Positions 40,588-48,058 of a stretch of DNA of 64,000 nt are shown one piece after another. The DNA comes from Candidatus Poribacteria bacterium (GTDB lineage Bacteria > Poribacteria > WGA-4E > WGA-3G). Under the pieces are notes generated by a model that ran no database searches, was not told the origin of the DNA, and saw only the letters and a list, made by a program, of their open reading frames with translations. Position 1 is the stretch's first letter. Each line of letters begins with the position of its first letter. The translations under genes and the position numbers were made by a program. The DNA lies in contig OZ243938.1 of the NCBI GenBank assembly GCA_965214095.1, positions 3,968,001 through 4,032,000 of the forward strand, read 5' to 3'.

Positions 40588-41067
40588 GTAAAAGGGATAG
40601 GACTCCAGGGATATTTAGTTTTAGGATTTTTTTAACTTCTACTAAATACCTAAGACGGTATGTGCGGTTTCCTAACCAATGCAGAATACCACACGCGTAT
40701 TCTGACGGATTTGTACCAGACACCTTTCATAATAGGTCTTCTCACAGGTTTCGGTGCGGTTCGGCAACCGCACTATGGACATCAATTTAAGGGAATTACG
40801 CTATAATTCCAAACTGGTAGCGATTACAGAAAAACGTGGCAGGTCTGTGAGTATTTTAATCACAAGTACTTCCTATCATGAAGTGCACCTTAGCAACACA
40901 GCCAGATCAGCAATAACCTCTTGTGACAACCGCATTCAACCCTCCTTTTTCGCGAAGGTTTTTATTATCATTTTTTCCAAAAACACCAAATTATAATGCA
41001 ATTAATGCAAAATGTTTTTAAGGATACCACATTTTCAACCCAAAACACAACACAACACAACATAACA

Positions 41068-41286
41068 TAATACCATTTCTAATTGAAAACACCGCATTTT
41101 TGTAGCACAAACTGCCAGTTTGTGCCGTCCTTCAAGACATTCTTAACAAATGTTATAGTGAATTATAAATATAAGTTGACACTTTCGACCCACGGTAGGC
41201 GAGGTTTCCTAACCTCGCCGATGCAGAGTGTTCAAGTAATTTCAAAATCTGCTATAATGGGATAAACATTTATAGAAATGGTATAA
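41068..41286. mobile_element. MITE-like element, family C, with a nested family B element
   Basis: 12-bp perfect TIR ATACCATTTCTA (41070-41081) / TAGAAATGGTAT (41273-41284); internal GTAGCACAAAC-TGCCA-GTTTGTGC hairpin. Confidence 0.65.
41153..41257. mobile_element. MITE-like element, family B copy 1 (single REP)
   Basis: TTATAGT...GCTATAA ends; GGTAGGCGAGGTTTCCTAACCTCGCC; highly similar to the reverse complement of 44889-44993. Confidence 0.8.
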
Positions 41287-41568
41287 TAAGTACGATATGT
41301 AAGGTGGATTGCAACCAAGTGAGGTATATCTCTACAATTCTATCTCATTAATAGTAGTATTATATCTTCCTCTGTGGGAGTGAACGTCTGTGGGTCAATA
41401 ATTGAAAAACTTGTTCATACATATTTTTTGAACAAAATACCATCATCCATTGTCTTACATTAAGGTATATGGAACCTTTCGCTACTTTTTGTGTATAATT
41501 ATAATGCTTCCCGAATATTTTTCATGTCCAATTTGTAATCCGTTATCCACATAAATAGGAGAATTTGA

Positions 41569-42207
41569 ATGCAAGAAACCAGAGGGAATATGAATCTGTT
41601 TGCTGCTGAGGAATTAGAAGAAATTGACGATGATGAATTGGTTACAAACTTCCAGAATGGTGATAAGAGCGCGTTTAATACACTTGTCCTAAAATATCAG
41701 AATCGTATTGCAAAACTCATATACAGACACACGAATGATGCGGAAACTACAAAAGATCTCTGTCAAGAAACATTCTTGAAAGCATATAAGTCACTCCCAA
41801 AATTTAAACGTGAATCTGCATTTTATAGTTGGCTATATCGCATAGCAATTAATTGTTGTATTGACCATGCGCGACAGCAAAATAGAAGAAAAACAGTGTC
41901 GTATGACGAATTGCCTGTTGAACCAGAGGAGTTATTGGTTAGCAAGCATCCATCTCCGTCTCATCTGGTTGAGATGGAGGAACTCGGAGATATTATTAAC
42001 AAAGCAGTGAATCAGCTTCCAACGAAACAACAACATGTCTTTAGACTACGTTATGAAAAGAAGCTAAAGATTAAAGAGGTGGCTGTACGCATCAATCGAT
42101 CAGAGGGAACGGTAAAAACTCATTTACATCATGCCCATCAGCGGCTTCGTGAATTGTTACGTCCTTATTTGGAAAATCGTCCGTTTGAATGGGACAGTGA
42201 GATATAA
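41569..42207 (+). CDS. Soluble ECF sigma factor (RpoE-like)
   Basis: AFNTLVLKYQ, DLCQETFLKAY, FYSWLYRIAIN, EVA..INRSEGTVKT.LH.A. Confidence 0.92.
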   Translation: MQETRGNMNLFAAEELEEIDDDELVTNFQNGDKSAFNTLVLKYQNRIAKLIYRHTNDAETTKDLCQETFLKAYKSLPKFKRESAFYSWLYRIAINCCIDHARQQNRRKTVSYDELPVEPEELLVSKHPSPSHLVEMEELGDIINKAVNQLPTKQQHVFRLRYEKKLKIKEVAVRINRSEGTVKTHLHHAHQRLRELLRPYLENRPFEWDSEI

Positions 42208-42249
42208 ATTAGGATTCGTTGTAGTGTTCTATTATTGCTTTCACGATAG

Positions 42250-44166
42250 ATGGATTCTGTTATGAAAACGAAGATTTTTTCAATTCTATTGATCTTGTTG
42301 ATTTTTTCAACGTTCATCCTACCACCTGCTATTGGCAAAGACTACACAACGTGGGAGTTACCCGAAGGTGCTACAGCACGTCTCGGTAAGAGCACGATTG
42401 AAGAAATTAAATATTCACCAGATGGTACACTACTCGCTGTCGCGGGTGAAATGGGTATTTGGCTCTATGAGGCACAGAGTGGAAAAGAACTACATCTTCT
42501 TTTAGGTAACACACAATGTCTGAACGGCATATCGTTTAGTCCGGATGGAAAAACCATTACAAGTGTAAGTAGACTCAGCGTGCGTCAGTGGGATGTTGAA
42601 TCAGGTTTGCATTTAGGAGTACTCACAACACATTCTGGCTATAGTATCGCGTATAGTCCTGATGGTAAACTCTTGGCAATTGGGGGTTATGATGGAGGGG
42701 CAAATGATGTCATCTATCTGTTGGATGCCGAATTTGCTGAACGCTTACACGTTTTCAGGAAACATAAAGGAAGAATTACAAGTGTATCATTCAGTCCAGA
42801 CGGTAGCATGCTCGTAAGTGGAGATGAAACTGGTTTCATTCATCTTTGGGATGTGGTCTCTGGTTCACATTTGTGGACATTTAAAAGGAATAAAATCTTC
42901 AGGAGTCATAATTCTGGGATTACCCATATTTCCTTTAGTCCCAATGAAAAGATAATCGCAAGTGCAAGCGAGAATGGTATCATCCGGATATGGAATACTG
43001 AACCCGGTGACCACCTACGTATTCTCAAAGGACATGGAGGTAGAGTAGATAGCATTTCTTTCAGTCCAGATGGAAAAACTATTGTAAGTGGCGGTTGGGA
43101 TCATACTATTCGTTTGTGGGAAGTCGAATCTGGGGAGCACCTAAACACTTTTAAAGGGCATACAAGTCATATTCGAAGTATTTCTTTCAGTCCGGATGGG
43201 AAAACAATCGCGAGCGGGAGTTGGGACCAAACTATCCGTTTGTGGGATGTCAAATCTGGTAGACAACTGATAACTATCACGGGACATACTGGACGTCTTA
43301 GTAATATAACAATAAATCCGGATGGGAAAACAATTGCGGGTGGATATGGAGGTGATGACTGTATTCGCCTGTGGGATATTAAGTCCAATCAACAACTGCA
43401 AGTTCTCAGGGGGCATGAAATTTCTATTGAGAATGTAGCATTCAGTCCAGATGGAAAATTCATCATCAGTGGAAGTCAGGACAAAACTGTTCGTCTCTGG
43501 GATGTTGCTTCTGCTAAACACTTACACACCTTTATCGGACATACGGGTAGAGTGTTCAGTGTAGCCTTCAGTTCGGATGGAAAAACAATCGCAAGTGGGA
43601 GCCATGACAATACTATCCGTTTATGGGATGTTGACTCTAAAACACATTTGTCAACGCTTAGAGGACATTTATCGGATGTTGCTTGTGTCTCATTCAGTCC
43701 GGATGGAAAAACAATCGCAAGTGGGAGCCATGACAATACTATCCGTTTATGGGATGTTGTTACTGGCAAACATCTGCACACTTATAAGGGACATAAAAGG
43801 ACTGTTGAAGGTATTTCATTCAGTCCTGATGGGAAAACATTCGCAAGCGGGAGTTGGGACCAAACCGTCCGCCTATGGGATGTTATGTCAGGAACAAATT
43901 TGCACACATTTAGAGGTCATACCAGTTGGGTTCGCTGTGTCTCATTCAGTCCTGATGGAGAAACAATTGCAAGCGGCGGTTCTGACAGAACTATCCAATT
44001 TTGGGATGTTGCATCTGGTATATCCACGCGTTCCTTCAATGAACATTCATCTATAAAAAGTCTATCATTTACGCCAGATGGCAACACATTAGTTAGTAGC
44101 AGTATCGGCGGCAGTCTTCTTATCTGGAATCTCGCACCTACGAACAGTAATAGTAATTACGATTAA
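42250..44166 (+). CDS. Secreted WD40-repeat protein (probable double beta-propeller)
   Basis: Signal peptide; about 14 GH...SFSPDGK.IASGS.D.TIRLWD repeats; N-terminal YTTWELPEGATARLGK cap. Confidence 0.92.
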   Translation: MDSVMKTKIFSILLILLIFSTFILPPAIGKDYTTWELPEGATARLGKSTIEEIKYSPDGTLLAVAGEMGIWLYEAQSGKELHLLLGNTQCLNGISFSPDGKTITSVSRLSVRQWDVESGLHLGVLTTHSGYSIAYSPDGKLLAIGGYDGGANDVIYLLDAEFAERLHVFRKHKGRITSVSFSPDGSMLVSGDETGFIHLWDVVSGSHLWTFKRNKIFRSHNSGITHISFSPNEKIIASASENGIIRIWNTEPGDHLRILKGHGGRVDSISFSPDGKTIVSGGWDHTIRLWEVESGEHLNTFKGHTSHIRSISFSPDGKTIASGSWDQTIRLWDVKSGRQLITITGHTGRLSNITINPDGKTIAGGYGGDDCIRLWDIKSNQQLQVLRGHEISIENVAFSPDGKFIISGSQDKTVRLWDVASAKHLHTFIGHTGRVFSVAFSSDGKTIASGSHDNTIRLWDVDSKTHLSTLRGHLSDVACVSFSPDGKTIASGSHDNTIRLWDVVTGKHLHTYKGHKRTVEGISFSPDGKTFASGSWDQTVRLWDVMSGTNLHTFRGHTSWVRCVSFSPDGETIASGGSDRTIQFWDVASGISTRSFNEHSSIKSLSFTPDGNTLVSSSIGGSLLIWNLAPTNSNSNYD

Positions 44167-44185
44167 AATACTATGTGGATTAAAC

Positions 44186-44214
44186 TTGACACAAACTAAA
44201 AATTAAGGTATTAT
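44186..44214 (+). promoter_or_regulatory. sigma70 promoter of the leader-hisI-trpE-trpG transcript
   Basis: TTGACA (44186-44191), 17 bp, TATTAT (44209-44214). Confidence 0.75.
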
Positions 44215-44243
44215 AAAACAAAAGAATTGAAAAGGTAAATACA

Positions 44244-44336
44244 ATGGCTTTTGCTATACACTCCTATTTGAATAGAAATGGATATGATTGGCATTGGTGG
44301 CATTCCAATATCAGTGAAGGGGTGTGTGTGCACTAA
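44244..44336 (+). CDS. Putative His/Trp attenuator leader peptide MAFAIHSYLNRNGYDWHWWHSNISEGVCVH (30 aa)
   Basis: AAAGGT SD-like sequence upstream; TGG CAT TGG TGG CAT at 44289-44303; lies between the promoter and a terminator ahead of hisI-trpE-trpG. Confidence 0.8.
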   Translation: MAFAIHSYLNRNGYDWHWWHSNISEGVCVH

Positions 44337-44368
44337 CGATTTTGTTTTATTATTTTAAAGCTATCTGT

Positions 44369-44414
44369 AGACCTTATGCACACAACCTATGTGGCATAAG
44401 GTTTTTGTTTTTTT
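44369..44414 (+). terminator. Attenuator intrinsic terminator
   Basis: ACCTTATGC (44371-44379) pairs with GCATAAGGT (44394-44402), followed by TTTTGTTTTTTT, 18 nt before the hisI ATG. Confidence 0.8.
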
Positions 44415-44432
44415 AATCTCGAAGGAGAACAC

Positions 44433-44813
44433 ATGAATATACTATCTGAACTGAAATATGATAGGGACGGATTAGTCACCGCAGTAATTCAGGATCGCGA
44501 AAATAATGAAGTCCTGATGGTAGGTTATATGAACGCGGAAGCGATCAAACAAACGTTGTCAACGGGTAGCGTATGCTTCTGGAGTCGTTCCCGCCAAAAG
44601 TTGTGGATTAAGGGGGAGACTTCAGGACATACACAGACTGTCGAATCTATCGCGGTCGATTGTGATGGCGATGCCTTGCTGATAAAGGTTGAGCAGAAGG
44701 TAGCAGCATGTCATACTGGGTACCGTTCCTGCTTCTTTCGGGAAGTCTCCCCCGATGGTGAGTCAACAGAAGTCGTAGGTGAAAAGATATTTGATGCGGA
44801 TGCGGTTTATTAG
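44433..44813 (+). CDS. hisI: Phosphoribosyl-AMP cyclohydrolase
   Basis: [37 protein letters not shown]. Confidence 0.97.
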   Translation: MNILSELKYDRDGLVTAVIQDRENNEVLMVGYMNAEAIKQTLSTGSVCFWSRSRQKLWIKGETSGHTQTVESIAVDCDGDALLIKVEQKVAACHTGYRSCFFREVSPDGESTEVVGEKIFDADAVY

Positions 44814-44888
44814 AAAATAATTTTGCTTATTTTCGTGTCTTAGCATCAGATAGTTGGTTATTTATACCAAAGATAGATAATGAAGGTA

Positions 44889-44993
44889 TTATAGTAGATT
44901 TTGAAATTACTTGAACACTCTGCATCGGCGGGGTTAGGAAACCTCGTCTACCGCGGAACGATAGTGTCAACTTGTATGCTAAATTGACTATAT
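44889..44993. mobile_element. MITE-like element, family B copy 2, between hisI and trpE
   Basis: Reverse complement of 41153-41257 with scattered mismatches. Confidence 0.8.
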
Positions 44994-45037
44994 TACAATA
45001 TTAGATACAGGCTAAGGATACGAAAAGGAGTTTTGCA

Positions 45038-46540
45038 ATGTATTATCCTACATTGAAGGAATTTAGAGACAAAGCGAAAGAAGGCAACACGATTCCGGTA
45101 TATCGTCCGATTTTGGCAGATATGGAGACACCGGTATCAGCATTCTACAAGTTGATGCCAGACAATTTTGCCTTCTTATTAGAAAGTGTTGAAGGTGGAG
45201 AACAAGTTGCACGCTACTCATTTCTGGGTGGTCAACCGTCAATACTGTTCCATACGAAGGGACATGAGGTGACCATTGAGTATTTGACGAAGGGTGAGAA
45301 GGTGTGCAAGGAATACGATGACCCATTGAAAGCACTTGAAGAGTTGATGCACAATTATCAACCTGTCAAAGTTGATGGACTACCAGAATTCCACGGCGGT
45401 GCTGTTGGGTATATGACTTATGATATGGTGCGGTTCGTGGAAGAATTGCCAGATGATAATGAAGATGAACTACAACTACCCGACTCTTTTTTCATGATTG
45501 CAGAAACATTGCTGATCTTTGATCATGTTAATCATCAGATCAAAGTTGTTGCAAACGCGCATATTGATGGAGATGTTGACGCAGCTTATGCCGATGCAAT
45601 TGGGAAAATAGAGGCATTGGTTGAAAAACTGACAACTGTTTCTGACATATCTGCAGTTGGAAACAGAGAACAGAATACAGAACACCATCCTGATCCGATA
45701 CCTGATCCACAATCTAATTTCACGAAGCCTGACTATGAAGATGTGGTAAGACGCGCCAAAGAATACATCGCTGCGGGGGATATTATTCAAGTCGTGCCTT
45801 CACAGCGGTTCAGTCGTCCTGTATCTGTTGACTCGTTTGATATTTATCGCGCATTGCGAGTGGTGAATCCGTCACCTTATATGTATTATCTTAAGTGTAA
45901 TGGATTTGACATTGTAGGGGCTTCTCCAGAGATGATGGTACGGGTAGAGGATGGTATTGTCCAAACCATGCCAATTGCTGGAACACGTCCGCGTGGGAAG
46001 AATACTGAAGAGGACCAAGCATTAGCGGAGGAACTTCTTTCCGATCCTAAGGAACGGGCAGAACATGTCATGCTTGTGGATTTAGGGAGAAACGACCTTG
46101 GACGTGTATGTGAATACCATTCTGTCAAGGTTACCGATTTGATGATAATTGAAAGGTTTTCCCACGTGATGCACATTGTCTCACATGTTGTTGGAAGGTT
46201 ACGTGAAAATCTATCGGCTTACGATGTTATTCGCGCTTGTCTCCCCGCAGGCACACTCTCTGGTGCACCAAAAATACGTGCAATGGAGATCATTGACGAA
46301 CTGGAATCTACGCGTCGTGGTCCCTATGGTGGTGCAGTAGGCTATTTCAGTTTCTCTGGTAGTGCAGACACAGCGATTACTATACGAACTGCAGTCATCA
46401 AAGATGGGACTGCTTATGTGCAAGCAGGTGGCGGTGTCGTTGCTGATTCAATACCTGAAAATGAATACTATGAAACCGTTAGTAAAGCATGGGCAATGCT
46501 TACTGCTATTGAAATGGCACAACAAGGTCTAATATTATAG
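45038..46540 (+). CDS. trpE: Anthranilate synthase component I
   Basis: LLESVEGG (Trp feedback site), [37 protein letters not shown]. Confidence 0.95.
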   Translation: MYYPTLKEFRDKAKEGNTIPVYRPILADMETPVSAFYKLMPDNFAFLLESVEGGEQVARYSFLGGQPSILFHTKGHEVTIEYLTKGEKVCKEYDDPLKALEELMHNYQPVKVDGLPEFHGGAVGYMTYDMVRFVEELPDDNEDELQLPDSFFMIAETLLIFDHVNHQIKVVANAHIDGDVDAAYADAIGKIEALVEKLTTVSDISAVGNREQNTEHHPDPIPDPQSNFTKPDYEDVVRRAKEYIAAGDIIQVVPSQRFSRPVSVDSFDIYRALRVVNPSPYMYYLKCNGFDIVGASPEMMVRVEDGIVQTMPIAGTRPRGKNTEEDQALAEELLSDPKERAEHVMLVDLGRNDLGRVCEYHSVKVTDLMIIERFSHVMHIVSHVVGRLRENLSAYDVIRACLPAGTLSGAPKIRAMEIIDELESTRRGPYGGAVGYFSFSGSADTAITIRTAVIKDGTAYVQAGGGVVADSIPENEYYETVSKAWAMLTAIEMAQQGLIL

Positions 46541-46550
46541 GAGAGAAAAG

Positions 46551-47114
46551 ATGGTATTGATGATTGACAATTACGACTCTTTTACCTACAATCTTGTACA
46601 ATACCTCGGTGAACTCGGTGCGGATTTAGAGGTACATCGCAGTCGGAAAATAGGCATAGATGAATTAGACGTATTGGAACCTGAACGGGTTGTGATTTCA
46701 CCCGGACCTTGCACACCACGAGAAGCGGGAATTTCAAACGATGTGATAAAACACTATGCTGGGAAGGTGCCGATATTAGGAGTGTGTCTTGGACATCAGT
46801 GTATCGGTGATGTGTTTGGTGGTGAAGTGGTGCGTGCTGATAGGTTGATGCATGGTAAGACCTCAATGATAATGCATAATGATAGAGAGCTATTTGAGGG
46901 ATTGGATAATCCGTTTGAAGCGACACGTTACCACTCGTTGATTGTTAAGAAAGACACGTTACCGGATTGTTTGGAAATCACTGCATGGACGGATGCGGAT
47001 GAAATTATGGGGATTCGCCATAAAACTTTGCCGATTTGGGGTGTTCAGTTTCATCCTGAATCAATTCTGACAACAGCCGGAAAGAGTCTATTAGGGAACT
47101 TTTTGGCACTATAA
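46551..47114 (+). CDS. trpG: Anthranilate/aminodeoxychorismate synthase component II
   Basis: [33 protein letters not shown]. Confidence 0.93.
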   Translation: MVLMIDNYDSFTYNLVQYLGELGADLEVHRSRKIGIDELDVLEPERVVISPGPCTPREAGISNDVIKHYAGKVPILGVCLGHQCIGDVFGGEVVRADRLMHGKTSMIMHNDRELFEGLDNPFEATRYHSLIVKKDTLPDCLEITAWTDADEIMGIRHKTLPIWGVQFHPESILTTAGKSLLGNFLAL

Positions 47115-47140
47115 ATAGGAATTGGAAACAAATAACAGAT

Positions 47141-47911
47141 ATGACAAATTCAAAAGAAAACAAAGTGCCTACACCTGTTCTCGTTTCTTGGTCTTCAGGA
47201 AAAGATTCGGCTTGGGCATTACATACATTACGTCAACAACCTGAAAAATACGATGTGCGTGGTATCTTTACCACTGTTACAAAGACCTTTGACCGTGTTT
47301 CTATCCATTCTACACCTGCGTGGGTTTTGAAACAACAGGCTGAGAAACTCGATGTGCCGTTGTATGAGATACCGATTCCGTATCCTTGTTCAAATGAGAT
47401 ATATGAAGCAGCGATGCGTAAGTTTCTTGCTGAAGTAGAAGCGTTACCTAAGAATTTGACAGCATCTCATTTTGCATTCGGTGATCTTTTTCTTGAAGAT
47501 ATCCGCGCGTATCGTGAGGAAAAACTGCATGGAACAGGTTTCACACCGATATTTCCGGTTTGGGGTGAAGATACGACAATTCTTGCCAATAAGATGATTG
47601 CGTCTGGTTTGCGTGCGATTGTCACTGCTCTCAATCCAACCAAAGTACCTGCTGATTTTGCAGGACGATGGTTTGATGCGGAACTCCTTGCGGAATTACC
47701 TGATGAAGTGGATCCACTCGGTGAGAATGGGGAGTTTCATACTTGTGTTGTTGATGGTCCTATGTTCAGTTCTCCAGTTGCTGCGAAACCCGGTAAAATC
47801 GTGGAGAGGGATATTGTTTCTGCCTCCAAAGACGACGATGACAAAATTCACAGTAGCAACACCTCTCCTCCTACTTATGTGTATGCTGACGTTGTACCTC
47901 TGGATGTTTAG
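47141..47911 (+). CDS. PP-loop ATP-binding protein, Dph6/diphthamide-synthase-like family
   Basis: SWSSGKDS, FGDLFLEDIRAYRE, DPLGENGEFHT.V.DGPMF. Confidence 0.88.
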   Translation: MTNSKENKVPTPVLVSWSSGKDSAWALHTLRQQPEKYDVRGIFTTVTKTFDRVSIHSTPAWVLKQQAEKLDVPLYEIPIPYPCSNEIYEAAMRKFLAEVEALPKNLTASHFAFGDLFLEDIRAYREEKLHGTGFTPIFPVWGEDTTILANKMIASGLRAIVTALNPTKVPADFAGRWFDAELLAELPDEVDPLGENGEFHTCVVDGPMFSSPVAAKPGKIVERDIVSASKDDDDKIHSSNTSPPTYVYADVVPLDV

Positions 47912-48058
47912 TCGGGTTAAAACGTAAGCGAAATTAATAATATCACTTTCAACAATCATATCATAACTCTTTTATCATATCACACTCCTATTTGTGCAAA
48001 ATTATGCACCCGATTTGCACCTTCAAGGTGTCACTATATGTGAAATCGGAGGTGATCC

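Noticed and set aside
41041-41070. (CAACA)n/(CATAA) microsatellite as a phase-variation switch
   Set aside because: Short, imperfect and not within an evident CDS or promoter.
40575-41265. Small plus-strand ORFs 40575-40790, 40754-40996 and 41083-41265
   Set aside because: They run through REP/MITE-like repeats, have no RBS and show no protein-like motifs.
44278-44358. Alternative leader frame MDMIGIGGIPISVKGCVCTNDFVLLF
   Set aside because: No convincing SD and no relation to the downstream pathways; the 44244 frame has an SD-like sequence and the W/H cluster.
47141-47911. Diphthamide synthesis in a bacterium
   Set aside because: Dph6-like PP-loop proteins are common in bacteria and no other dph genes are present.
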